Below are positions 52,092-64,000 of a stretch of 64,000 nucleotides of DNA, in pieces; within the stretch, counting starts at the first letter, position 1, and each line of letters starts with the position of its first letter. The position numbers and the translations under genes were made by a program. This stretch comes from Camelus ferus (taxonomy: Eukaryota), in assembly GCF_009834535.1 (NCBI RefSeq), contig NC_045707.1:51834001-51898000 (forward strand), written 5' to 3'. A model generated the notes under the pieces. The model saw only the letters and a list, made by a program, of their open reading frames with translations, did no database searches and had not been told where the DNA came from.

Positions 52092-52199
52092 CAAGGGGAA
52101 ATGTTCATAGTATTTCCTGTACAGGATACAAGAGTAGGTTCTGTAGACGTTAATGCTTACATACACTAAAAAGGCCTTTTTATATGCTATTTCTCCTCC

Positions 52200-52565
52200 C
52201 CCCAAATCTCTTGTCTGATTTCTTCATGACATTCTCTAGTCCTTCCTTTAGGATTACCTAATTAGTCTTTTCTGGCAAGTGTATATGAAATAGCACACAA
52301 CCTAATGCCTGTTGTAGTTCCTGTTTCCTTTCCCTGCTCTATTTTTCCTTTATTGTTTATCAATATTTCCTTTAAGCATCTCTCTTTCCACTCCCTACAC
52401 ACATTGTATAGTTTTTCTTTTTTTAAAAATATTCTCTCACTAAAATTAAGCTGCATAATGCAAACAAATTTTTTTTTCTACTGAATGACAGTAAATTTAA
52501 GTGCTGTAAAACTCTGAAATGTAGTGGTTTATTGATATATAATTGTTGAATTAATGTTGATAGAT
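52200..52565 (+). mobile_element. L2 3' fragment
   Basis: 'tttccctgctctatttttcctt...ttgatatataattgttgaattaatg'. Confidence 0.5.
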
Positions 52566-52702
52566 AATATATAGTTAATAGACACTGTATATATGTTGGA
52601 CATCTAATCTTAAAAACCAAAATAGTTCAAACCAAAGATAAGACTGAGACCAGTAGAGTCCTTGAAATATATCTAAAAACTATAGAAAGAAAACTTAATA
52701 TA

Positions 52703-52792
52703 AAAGGAATATATATGGATAAATAAATCACTATGCTATACATCAGAAATTAACATAATATTGTAAATCAACTATACTTCCATAAAAAAAAC
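52703..52792 (+). mobile_element. Severely 5'-truncated younger L1 3' end with TSD
   Basis: 'aatcactatgctatacatcagaaattaacataatattgtaaatcaactatacttc' plus A tail; acttaatata at 52693-52702 and 52793-52802. Confidence 0.85.
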
Positions 52793-53254
52793 ACTTAATA
52801 TAGTTGGGTTTAATAGCAGAATGAATATGTTAGAAATAATGAACTGGAAGACCAAACTGAGTTTTTTCCCCTACAAATGTAGTAACATGCCAGACAAAGA
52901 AATGAAAAAATATGGAGATGCTAAAATAGAAGACAATAAGCTACAACAGTAACAACAAAGGGCAAGAACTAGCAAGTTATCAAAGAAACAACAAAAAGTT
53001 ACTTTCCAGAGGTGAAGAAAGATAAGTTTCATATAAAAAGTATCATCTAAGTGCTGAATGGAAATAATACAAAGATCTAGGTACACAACTCTAAGCATTT
53101 CTACAAAGAACAGAACAAGCGACAATAAAACAAGGAAGCAAATACATGCATACATATGTACAAACTGAATGAAGAACTTATAAAGATATAAAAATAAAAA
53201 TCTCCATAGCCAACTCATGCAAAATGCTCATAAAAAGCAATGATGAAATAGTCA

Positions 53255-53372
53255 CTCAATCACTCATCAGCAAATTTAATAGAGTAACTTATTTTTCAGT
53301 CATGGTTCTAGGTGCTTGAAATATGTCCTTGAAGAAAACAAAAATATCCCTACCTGCCACTATCATCCTTCT
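53255..53372 (-). mobile_element. L2a 3' end
   Basis: 'cactcaatcactcatcagcaaattt...ggttctaggtgcttgaaatatg...aaaatatccctacc'. Confidence 0.6.
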
Positions 53373-53837
53373 GTTTGAATCTAAGTACCAATGGCTAAAT
53401 GAGCATCCAAGTGGCAGGGTAAAAGAAGTATCTTTTTAACATTAAAAGATTTATTAAGCGCAGACTAAGCTGAATTATCAGAGGATATATTCAAATGAAT
53501 AAAAATAAATTAAAGAAAAAGCTATTTCTTCTGGGAAAATTACAGAAAATCTTGTCTGTTCTGATGCAAAGGAAATATAAATATAGCAGTAGGTAATGCA
53601 AACATATAATGCTTGTCAAATTTTTGAGACCTCTATTCATCTAAAATATATACATGCGATATCCATAAAAAAGTACTACCAACCAAACTCACTTATGAGA
53701 TTTATGTAAAAGCCTGAAATAAAATATTATCAAACCAAAGCCAAAAACATCTTAAAGCTTTAAATAGTGTTTATTTCAGGATTCATAAAAATCTATTATA
53801 TATATTAATAAATCCATTAATACATTTACTGCATTAC

Positions 53838-54406
53838 ATGTTAATTTATATTGCTGCACAATAAATTATCTCAGGCTTGTCTTAAAATAATGTATATTAG
53901 TTTTCATGGCTCATAAGTTCAAGCACAGCTTAACTGGTTCCTCTGTTCAGGGCATCTCAAGGCTGCAGTCAAAATGTCTCATGTAATTTCTGGGATTCTC
54001 TTCCAGGATCACATTGTTGTTCACATTATTCATTTCCTTGAATTGCAAAATTGAGGCCAAGTCCCAAGAGGCCACCTGTCCTCAACTGACAGTTTACAAC
54101 AAGTCTGTGAGCTTCTTTGTGGCCAGAAGAACACCTCTGCTACCTTTAGTCTCTTCTGTCTCTGACTTCTAGACATTCTTTTAAATGACTAACATGATTA
54201 GATCAGGCTCACACAGGATAATCTTCCTTTTTATTAACTTAAGCTGATTATGGGTTTTTATTGTATCTGCAAAATCCCTTTTTAAAATTTCGTATAATGT
54301 AATCACAGGAATAATATTCCATCATCTTTACCATATTCTTTTGGTTAGAGTGAAGAGATTGAGCAAGGGTATGGATCATTGTGGATCATAGTCTTCTCCC
54401 TACAAC
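53838..54406 (-). mobile_element. MaLR MLT1E-like LTR
   Basis: 'gcacagcttaactggttcctctgttcaggg..tctcaaggctgcagtcaa...catgattagatcaggctcacacaggataatcttccttt...atctgcaaaatccctt'. Confidence 0.8.
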
Positions 54407-54494
54407 ATATAATGAAAATGTATTAAAAAGTCACTAATATCTCTATGTCTTTCATTTATCTGTTATTATATAGTAATATAAAATGGCATATGAT

Positions 54495-55003
54495 TGTTTC
54501 CTAGTCCAGGCTCATACTGCTTGCCACATGACAGGCTAGTAAATTGAGAGACCAGTTGTTAGGGCATGGAATAGTTACTTTATTTAGAAAACTAGCAGAT
54601 TGAGAAGATGGTGGACTGGTGTTCCAAAGAATGATCTTGCCCAGGTTTAGATGCTAGTTTCTTTTATAGAACAAAGAGAGGGAAGTGAGGAGGTAAAGTA
54701 AGAAAGGCAGCAAGTTGTTGCAAATATTTCCTGGCTCTGGCCAGATTGTGGAGGGGATATGTTGATTTCTTTTTTCCTGCAGCCATTCACACGGTGTTTC
54801 CTGTGAGCTAAACAACTCGCAGGTATTTTAGTTTAACACTCAGACATGGGAGGCAGAGTTCTGGAGATGGGCCAGTATGTATACTTTTAAGCTACAGGCA
54901 ACGTCCCTTTAGTGATTAAGTTGTAGCGAAAGCACTAGAACACAAAGGTTGAAATAAAATAAGCAGATGCAATATGGAGTCTGATTTATTCTTCCCCACT
55001 ATA
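54495..55003 (-). mobile_element. ERV1-class solo LTR (cetartiodactyl-type) with 4-bp TSD
   Basis: TGAT at 54491-54494 and 55004-55007; minus-strand AATAAA ('tttatt', ~54578) and TATAAAA ('ttttata', ~54662); interrupts an L1 RT motif. Confidence 0.85.
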
Positions 55004-55194
55004 TGATCATCTTTGCAGATTCTTAAAAATTATTTGATAAAATATTACCCCAATTCCTATTAAAAAGACAGTAATTTTGGAATTAATATATCTCAGTACC
55101 AAAGACAGACACTTAATGGAGAAATGCTAAGAGCTTTTCTATTTAGTCATAAACAAAAAAGCATATCTTTTATCTTCACTACTGTTTAACACTA

Positions 55195-55698
55195 TGTTGG
55201 GGAAAAATTCTCCATGGATTTCTGCAGTTCTTGTATCGTGTTTTGTTCCAAAATATATTCTCAATTGTGTTTATATAGTAAACAGCCTTGACATACAGAC
55301 ATAATGTCTCCTTGCAGAGCCCAGGACAGACTTGTTTACTGTCCAGGGGAGTTAAGATATAATATGACTTCCTCTGAGACAAAGGTTGAAAAGGTTCACT
55401 TGTTTCCTCCTTCTGTGATTGGCAGTGTCCTAAATTGGGTGTTCATCAGTTGTGACACAAATCCACTGTGTGCACAGAGTCTACCTAGGCTGCTTCATAT
55501 CACCCCTGTAGAACTAGGAGATCAAGGAAAACTAACAGAGGCATGAAACTTGTGCTGCCTGCTTTGTCGTGAGTAGTACAATCCTTTGTGTCTGACCCAA
55601 GAGTCTCATACCTTCTGTTGGTATCCCTGGAACTGTGGCAGTCTAATTTCTTAGCTTGTGGGTAGGGTAAAATATCAGACCTTTCACGGTTCATAATA
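55195..55698 (+). mobile_element. MER76-like solo LTR (ERVL)
   Basis: 'tgttggggaaaaattctccatgg...tctgacccaagagtctc...aactgtggcagtctaatttcttagcttgtgggtagggtaaaatatcagacctttcac' matches recalled MER76. Confidence 0.85.
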
Positions 55699-55856
55699 CT
55701 TAGTTTTGGAGAGATTAGCTACTGAAATGAGGTGAGACAAAATAATGAGCATGATTAGAACTGGAAAGAAAGGCAACATCATTTATATTTGCATATAATC
55801 TGAGTATATATCTTGGAATCTCCCCTCAAATTAATTACAAAATGAAAACAAATATT

Positions 55857-56034
55857 GGTCTCTTGTCTCTGTCTCTCTTGCCATAGGAGAAGGCCTGCAC
55901 CCTGTCTATGGAGTGTATATATACTTTTACTTTAAACACCCCTACACCTCACTGCCTCTCGCCTTTTGAGATGGCCTCCATCCTGCCTATGGAATGCTTA
56001 TCTCTCCAAATAAACTTGCTTTCACTTTCAAAAC
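55857..56034 (+). mobile_element. Retroposed 3' end of an ERV LTR transcript
   Basis: LTR R-like sequence with AATAAA at 56009-56014, ending 15 nt later in an A-rich tail; 12-bp direct repeat aaaacaaatatt at 55845-55856 and 56035-56046. Confidence 0.7.
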
Positions 56035-58994
56035 AAAACAAATATTAAGGTAATACAGCAAAATATCTGATTTTACAATCAACATACTAAAAACAAATAA
56101 CCCTCATTAATGCAAATAAAAAACAATAAAAATGAATAATTGGTAATAGTGAAAAAGATGTTTTGATAGTGAAAATTAAATACTTATGCATAAACTTAGT
56201 AATATTGAAGAATCTATACAAATAGCTATAAAACACGTTTTTAAAGACATAAAAGTAGACTTTAAAATGGAAAAGCATTATTTACTTGGATAGAATGATT
56301 CAAAACCAAAACATAAAAATTCAGTTATTCTTCAACTTATGAATGTTTTAAAATTGCAGTTAAAGTAGTGTCAAGTCCCAATCTACAACCATGAGCTAGA
56401 GAAGTTGGTTAGAAAATCTACTCTCAAGGACAAGAAAGTGAAACTATCCAGGAAAACCCAGGAAAGAGCAAGGAGGATGGCACATAAATGGAGAGACTAA
56501 TGAAAATCGTTCACCATAAATACAGCATCTTAACTTAGCAAAGAAAGAATGACACCTGAATAACCAGTGATGGGAAAAAACATAACATTGCAACTATTTC
56601 CCTATTTTATGAGAAGTTAAATTCCAAATTTTTCCTCTTTGGATCAAATATATAAATGTACCATAAAAAAGAGAAGAAAGTATGAGTGAATTTCTCTTTA
56701 ACTAAGGAGAATGGGAACTTCTCCAGTCATGACTCAAAATCCAACATCAATATGAAAAAAAAATATGAAGTTGATTTTATTTTCAGGGAAAAGCAAATAT
56801 AAGGAAAAACTTATGAAGTCTTTAATTTCTAGAATCCCATGTGAAATGGAAAGCTTATTCTAAGTTATAAATGAAATGACAACACTTGAACAAACTTAAG
56901 CTCTTAAGGGAATATTTGCTTAAAATCAAAGCTTAGTGACATCCCACTTTCCCTAACCTCAGTATTCAACAGCAGTCTTGGCTTTTCCCAGCTAGGCCTT
57001 AATTTCATCATCTCACATTTAATCATATTTAATTGTATATTTACTTGATTAATAATCTATATATTCAGCATTCATACAACTTATATCTATTATTCATCAT
57101 TTAATATTTATTTCTTCTGGTATTATTGAAACATTTCATTAATCTTCCCCTTCCATTAAAAAAAAAATAGAGAACACGTTTTTTCTCTTTCTTCTGCCCT
57201 AACTTTGACATTTATAGGATAACCTCAGTTTTTCAAATAGGTGATAATCAAATAGCGTATTTTGAGTATCTACAGGCAAGATGGTCAGAGTCTTTAGGGC
57301 CGAGACCTGCCCCACAATCAAGGAGCACACCAGTATAACTGTTGTTGGTGAAATAACTTACTTTTTTCTTCCATTAAACTAACATTTTATACACTTAACT
57401 ATGTTCCCAATACTAAACTGGACTCTCAGTATACAAAGCACATTTTGACCTTAATATATATATCCTGTATTAGGAAGCAATTACTTAGTGCATTTACAGA
57501 ATGATATACTAAGCTGTAAATTCCACATCAACTCTTCATAATGATAAAACGTCTAACTATAGAAATACCATACAGACTTCTGCTACAATGACTGTGTATT
57601 GTACCACACAGTGGCAAGTGGGAAGCTAATGTCTGGAATACACAGACATGCATGCGCACACTTTTTGGTGGAGAATCAAATACTTAATGGTGTATGTACT
57701 TGTTTTTATTTATTTCATTCCTTTTAGAGCTGCTTTAAAAAGTCATGGCCATATCTGAGATTTTTTTTTTTTTGAGTTCCATTTTTCTTTGACTTTAGTA
57801 AAGCATATCTTACATGTTTGTCTTCTTGAGGTTTTTATTGTTGCTTTCCCATTTTTATGGTTCCCAAGTTGTTTCATGGTATTCTTTCATTATTTTTTTT
57901 TTTACTAGTTTACTTACTTTAAAATGGCAGCATTGTAGATCCTTGCTATTATTTTCACCTTGAATGAGCAAAAGCATTGTCAGAATAATCGTTTTTACAG
58001 TAAGCAAGGTAGCATTTCAGTCCTCTTTGCTTTACTTTCAAGTTGAACACATATTAAACCTATGAAATTTCTGGATTACAGTAGGAGGTTAGAGAATGTA
58101 AAATGTGCTATTTAACCAAACAATACTAAACTTTTCTAACAGTTACTTGAAAAACAACTCTGTCATGAATTTTTTTTCTAAAAGGAGTTTAATCGTTAGT
58201 ATATATCCATTCTGTTAATTCCTCTACTCATTTTCTTTAAACAGTGCTTAAATACCTTCTCAGAAAAAGAGGTGAAGTTTCTCTAGCATCAGAAATAAAA
58301 TAAGATGTGCTTATCCATTATTAAGTCTGTATTTATTGAGCAGCTGCAATATACCAGACTGTCAACAACTGGGAATAAGGAAGGGCTAAAAGTGCCTCTG
58401 ATCAGTTTGATTTTAAATAGAAAAGTTTCCTTGGTTTAAAATAAAATAGCATCTAATGCAGACTTGGTATTCAGTGTGTCAAAATATCCAGACATGATGA
58501 GTCACTGAGAGACAGGGACTGCTTTTCTCAGTAGCTGCCGAAGGTAAATAGATTTTACCTGGCAGCAATGGCATACTTTCCTTTGTATGTTTTCACCTTT
58601 GCTCTCCTTGCCCTTGTCCTCTGACAGTTGTTTGAAGTCCCTTGGGTTTCTTCAGAGGGCCTTTTCGTCCTGTTGCCTCATGTACCCTTTTGCTCACCCA
58701 TATATCATGCTGTTTTAAATTCTCTTTCTTAGGTTAGTGTACAGTGTCTTTATATTCTTCCTGACTTTTTGTTAATTAACAACATTATCTTAACCCGCAA
58801 CTTCCTTTATTTAGAACTTATCACTGAATTTAGACACAGAATTGCAAAGCCTATTTTCTGGTGCCAGCTTATAACTACGTCCCCACCTACTAATTGCTGT
58901 ACCAACTCTTTCCTCTTGGTTTGACTTTGAGGTTCAGAGAATATTGGTAGCTGGAGATTAAATATACTTTAGTCACCCCTTATATGCTAATAAA

Positions 58995-59470
58995 TGCAGT
59001 TTGTTCATTTGTTCACTATATTTTCAGCAACTTTGTGTACATTATAGGCTTTGTAATTTTTGATAGAAGTACCCATCGAACATGATAAAATCACTATCCT
59101 CATAAGTTTAAGCTCTCCTTTGTGGGGGACAACAAAGACAATAAACCATACTAAATAATATAGTATTCAGTAATCATGAATGCAGTATTATAGTGTAAGG
59201 CAGGATAAAGGAACAGAGAGAGATGAAAATGAGGACAAACTAATCTTCTATATTCTAATATTCTAAAAAGAACAGTCAGGTCATTTCTCTCTGAAGAGGA
59301 ATTTGCCCCCAGATGAACAAAGGGCAAATGCTCATATACGAAGCTATATTCGAGCAGACTGAAGAGCTTTACAGCAGAAGGAAGAAGAACTAAAGCCCTG
59401 AGGTAGAAATGAGGGCAGTTATTTGCAGTATAAAAAAGGGGTCTCGTGGGATTGACTATAGAATTGTATG
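58995..59470 (-). mobile_element. L2a 3' fragment
   Basis: 'ttgttcatttgttcact...cctcataagttta...acagcagaaggaagaagaactaaagccctgaggtagaaatgag'. Confidence 0.7.
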
Positions 59471-59579
59471 AACAAACAGAAAAGGACTTGAAATAAAACA
59501 GATATGAATACTATTTTTTAATCTCCATTTTAGAGATGTGAGTTTGATGCCTTTTAACACACTACACGAATGCTATCTA

Positions 59580-59800
59580 TTCATTCATGTTGATCACTAA
59601 TTTTTTCTGGAACACTGTAATAATACTGTAATAATTTAGTATTGCAATTAACCTATATTATTCTCTTACTTAGCCATCACAATACATCTGAGATTATAAA
59701 AACAAATGTGTCAGTGAATTTTACATGTAAGGAAACTAAAGAGTTATGACTTATCTAACATGAATAGATAAGTGATACATTTGGAATTTGTTGGATTCTT
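59580..59800 (-). mobile_element. MIR SINE
   Basis: 'attttacatgtaaggaaactaaagagttatgacttatctaa...ataagtgatacatttggaatttg'. Confidence 0.55.
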
Positions 59801-60706
59801 TATACAAAAACTTAGCTCTCTTGATCACTGGTTTCAGTTATTTAGAAACAATGTTCAAAGGACCAAATTGGTATCATCATTTCGCTTTATTAATGGTGAC
59901 CCAATTGAAAAATCCTTACTCATCATTAAATACAAGATGCAGAACACAAATTCAATCTGGGATCCAATGAGGTTTTCCTACAGGAAGCCCCAAATCAAGA
60001 CTTGAGAACTGTGTGTGGGGAAACTTACTTCTGTATGCAGTTTCACGGTTCATTTAATAAGACATGTTCATATAGAATCTCAGTTTAGCTTCAGTTACCT
60101 TCCAAAGAGAGTAAATGAGAGAGAATGGCATGTCTATACTCAAGATGGTGGGTTCTAAGGCCTGAAACTGCCCCCAAAGTGCATACTACCTGGTAATAGG
60201 GGTCAGAAAGAAGCTGACTTCTATTCTAAATCATCCATACATACATCAGATAATCCAGAGAGTTAGAGACAGATTCTCTGACTGTTGCTGTAGCAAGCAG
60301 TTCAGTGACCCTCTTCACTGGTAATGTAATCCAGTGATATTAGGCCTCCATTGATTAAACTGACCACTTCTCCACCTCAGAGAAAGTATAGAGATAAAGA
60401 GAAAGTTGCAAAGAGAGAGCAGTTCAGAGTTAACCTTTTGATAATTCTTCCTTTCAAAGGTCAAGTGGCCTGAGGTTGGAAAGAGTAATGATTCCTCTTA
60501 ATGGTGTCAAGGATATAATTTCTGTATGATACTCTTTATTTTCTGTCTATTATATGTACACTTGACTAATTATGTGCCATTATTTGTAATAAAAAGTGGA
60601 TATTCAAAGAAAATAGTTGAGGAGAGTCATGTGTGCAGCTGAATGGCACATACAAATTAGAGCCAAGGTGTAAAAGATAATTTAAATTCAGATTCAGACA
60701 ATCAAT

Positions 60707-61118
60707 TGTATTATCTATTTCTGCATATCAAATTACTCCAAAACTTAGTATCTTGAAACTGCAATACGTGTTACATCACTTCCCATTTTTCAGGCATGTG
60801 GGCATGGCTTAGCTAGGTCCTGTGGCTCAGGATCTCTCACAAGGCTTCAGTAGAAATGTCAGCTGCAAATACAGTCATCTTAAACCTTGCCTGGGGAAGG
60901 ATCTGTTTCCAAGCTCACTCACCTGGCTGTTGGCTGTATTCAGTTCACGTGCTATCACAATAAGGGCCTCAATCCCTTGCTATCTATTAGCTAGAGATTG
61001 CTTTTCATTCCTTGCCAAATGGGCCTCTTCACAGAGTAGCTCACAACCTCGTGGCTTGCTTCATCAGAGCAAGCAAGTGATGAGAGAGGGACAGAGAGAG
61101 AGAGAGAGAGAGAGAGAG
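60707..61118 (-). mobile_element. MaLR MLT1F-like LTR (partial), apparently inside a MIR, ending in (AG)n
   Basis: 'ggcatggcttagctaggtcctgtggctcaggatctctcacaaggct...ggggaaggatctgtttccaagctcactcac...gctcacaacctcgtggcttgcttc'; (AG)n at 61093-61118. Confidence 0.85.
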
Positions 61119-61584
61119 GTGGTCAACCACTTTTCAACTTTCAAAGACTGTTTTCTCATCTAAGTGGGGTTATAATACTTTCCTTGAAACATCATGCCGT
61201 AAGAAGCATGGCAAGGCATGTACACATGTTAAAAGCATAAGGTACAATGTAAAGAGAAATCAACTGTTTTTGCTGTAGTAGTAGTATAATTAAAAATAAT
61301 ATATGTATGGGATGAGGTTTGAATAAGGAGACTGCAAAGCAATATTTTAGATTTTAGTAGTAGAAGCTAAAGGTGAAACCTCAAATTTTGGAAAATTCAT
61401 GCATTTTAAAGTCAACTATTCAATAGAGTGAAGGAAACATTCATTTATTTCAAATATTTTTAAGCACCTTTGCAGTGCCAAGCAAATTAAATGTGGTTTC
61501 AGCTATAAAGCTAAAATGAGTTTAATTTTCCTTGAGTGTTACAAATAAAATTGAGCAGAAAAAATGCCTTGAAAGAATATTAGA

Positions 61585-61712
61585 ATTAACCTAATGCAAA
61601 ACTCATGTTTTATAAAAATGAAGAGAGGCAGATTTAAAAGTTTACCTAGATCTTATAGTAACAAAGCATCAGAGTCATCCATAGAATCCTGGCCTCTGAT
61701 ATCTGGGCCAAC
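61585..61712 (-). mobile_element. MIR fragment
   Basis: 'catgttttataaaaatgaagagaggcaga..tttacctagatcttatag..cagagtcatccatagaatcctggcctctga'. Confidence 0.55.
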
Positions 61713-62174
61713 TTTTTTTTTTTAAGAAAGATACTTGTTTGTATTCTTTTTCAGCAGACTTTTTCTCTGCTGAATATTTTATTATTTCTAGCAGAAAAAA
61801 AAAGGAATAGTTGTAAAAAGCAACGGAAGAAATAGAATGAATATTTCATTCTAACACCATAGAGTCAGATTTTTGGTATGATTCTATCTTCTGAAAAACA
61901 TTTTAGAGACTTTTATGCCATTATTTCCCTACCTGACTGAAAGTTGTACTGAAAAGTGTTGAAAACCTTTGGCATTACAGTAAAGCACTATTTGTTACAG
62001 ATATTACAAAGGGATTGTAGATGTTACTGTGCTTTTCACCTGCACGAGTCCCTCATGAAAGCCAAGAATGAAAATACTTACGCTTGCTATTTGTAGAAGA
62101 TTTTGCGACAGACATGAATGTTTCCAAGTTAATAGGTGTATGTTAGCGTGGGTATTTGAATGCTGGGTTAAAAC

Positions 62175-62352
62175 TGGTTATTATCCCTTGCTTCCAGATT
62201 GAATTAACCTAGGAAGATTTAAATGATACTGAAGCCTTGGTTCCCATATCTGACCAAATAAATCAGAACCACCGGGGTTGCAGTCAATGTATAACGGTTT
62301 CTAAAAAGTTTTTTAGGTGATTGTAGCAAACAGCTAGGGTTGAGAATTTCTG
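62175..62352. mobile_element. MER5A-like hAT MITE
   Basis: 'gaattaacctaggaagatttaaatgatactga...ccaaataaatcagaacc...aggtgattgtagcaaacagctagggttgagaatttctg'. Confidence 0.7.
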
Positions 62353-64000
62353 ACTTATAATAAAGAAGGCATACTGATGTGAATTCCAAAACTGTCTAGT
62401 CCAAATACTTCCTCCCAAAATGACATCTTCAGTCTTCAGTATTCCAAGACATTCACATTACTTTCTCTTAGAGAGCTCTTTTGGACTAATGTTTTTGATG
62501 GTTTGTAAAGAGTTTCAACATCAAGTTATCAAATTAATGATGTGTCATCACCTGTTAACATGAAATAGGTGTTATGTTTCTAACAGCAAATGCTAGATTA
62601 ATGTCATTTTAGTCACAAGAAGTTCAAAATCAATTTCAATGCTAATCAGTGGTTGAAAGAATAGATTAGTAATGCAGCGAATACCATTACCCTTTCAAGC
62701 AGTTCTTTTATGCGATGCTCCCTGCTGAAGTGAATATGGTTGTGAGGCAATGATATCATAAAGCAAAGTATCAGATTAAAAGAAGGAAAGAGAAAAAGAT
62801 CCTGAAGAAGAAAAAGTTAAAGTTTCCTTAGTGAATTTATTTTGTCTACAATATCATTTCAGCAATAGATTGAATATGTTACTATTTAAAATAAGAATTT
62901 CTGTCACATTAAAAATTAGTTGACATGTATGATTTTTGTGCTAAATCATTTTAATTTTAATATAAAATTCTTAAACTCAAAATTGTTTTTATCTCTACCT
63001 CACAATGTTATTTTAGGCTGATATTGCTGTATTTGCCTGGACTATGTTATTTAAGTAACCTAATCAATATAGAGAAAGCAGCACCCCAATAATATTCCTC
63101 AGTGAAAATATGATGTTATTACTCTAGTTCAGTGGTAATATGTAAAGAGCCCAAAGGACATACTCTTTCATTACTGATCTCTTATTCATTTCCAGTGTAG
63201 GTTTGAAAGATATTCTGTAATTGTATTTAGTTTGTTCATCCCAAAATGCTGTCTATGAAGAGAAATTCAGATCCATACGAGATTTTCATTTGAAGGAAGT
63301 TATTGAAAAACCCGATTAAGAAGGAAATCTTTTTGCATGATGTTTCTCTACTGCAGGAAAGTTTAGCAGAAAAAAGTTAAAAACATTTTAAAACTTTCTC
63401 ATTTTGCTTAAAATTCTACTATAAAGCCATGAATTTTATATAATAAATATAAGTATATATTAGAAATCGAACTAGAAAAAAAAATAATTTGTGTTTCACA
63501 AAGTGAACAAAATATGTTGAGGATATTAGCTGCGTAGACTTACAGTAGATAAATGCAGCATATCCCTTCACACTGGCAACATAGTCTTACTTATTTTAAA
63601 CCATAGTATATGTTACTAGTATTGGGTTCTTGATCATTTCCTATAATGTGTACTCACATTTGAGCAATGTCTTCATCATGTGATCATTGTGCAGGGGTAA
63701 AAGCCAAATAAGAGTATGATTGAAAGGAAGTGTCAGGCACTGTCTTAATCCATCTCCAGTTTTAAACATTGGATCACACCATGGCCATGACCTTACTTTA
63801 ATCCTTATAGCAAGGCTAGAGTTTATTTTGTGGCTTTTTTTTTTTTTTAACTGAAAAGAAGTCTTAATATTTAATCGTTTAATTTTTGACCCAGTATCAG
63901 TTGTCTTTTCCATCCTAATGCCTCCATGTATTGACTCTCTCTATTCCCTTGCATTTTTCATTGCACAATGGTCAATTTGGGGCTTAGTTTTAAGTTTCTT

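Larger units (their letters stand above)
52600..56800 (+). mobile_element. Fragmented ancient L1M (ORF1 to ORF2) hosting multiple nested insertions
   Basis: Removing the inserts restores RT motifs: 'ggcatatgat|catctttgcagat..atttgataaaat' (HMIISIDAEKAFDK-like) and 'cactactgtttaacacta|..tagttttggagagattagc' (PLLFNIVLEVLA-like). Confidence 0.7.

Noticed and set aside
58555..58712. Purine-rich minus-strand exon candidate ending CAG|GTAAAA
   Set aside because: No pyrimidine tract at the acceptor and stops in all three frames
1..64000. The 60-128 aa ORFs in the track as host genes
   Set aside because: Short, compositionally biased, often with non-ATG starts and frequently inside repeats; none resembles a cellular protein I recognise, and such ORFs are expected by chance

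Overview
AT-rich mammalian genomic DNA (intergenic or deep intronic), not prokaryotic. A tRNA-derived SINE at 49349-49468 resembling the camelid vic-1 type, together with the absence of recognisable ruminant Bov-A/BovB or pig PRE-1 SINEs, points to a camelid (camel/alpaca/llama). I recognise no host protein-coding exon, tRNA/rRNA gene or CRISPR array. The only ORF-track entries with recognisable homology are LINE-1 ORF2 remnants (23614-23838, 18675-18887, part of 10719-10934). Much of the window is eutherian transposon fossil: L1M/L1MB/L1MC, L2, MIR, MaLR (MLT1), ERVL-type LTRs (LTR16, MLT2, MER21, MER76), ERV1 LTRs and hAT MITEs (MER3, MER5A). Family names are from recalled consensus sequences and were not checked against a database; most boundaries are approximate. 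The most notable structures are: (1) an internally deleted ERV1-type provirus (6701-8355, minus) whose leader keeps a CpG-island-like core and a consensus splice donor, a candidate co-opted promoter/first exon; (2) an LTR 3' end apparently retrotransposed by L1 (55857-56034, 12-bp TSD); (3) an ancient L1 interrupted by six apparent later insertions (52600-56800); (4) an inversion inside an old L1 (40210-40812); (5) a few weak splice/microexon candidates. I found no convincing new biological system; the findings are hypotheses.
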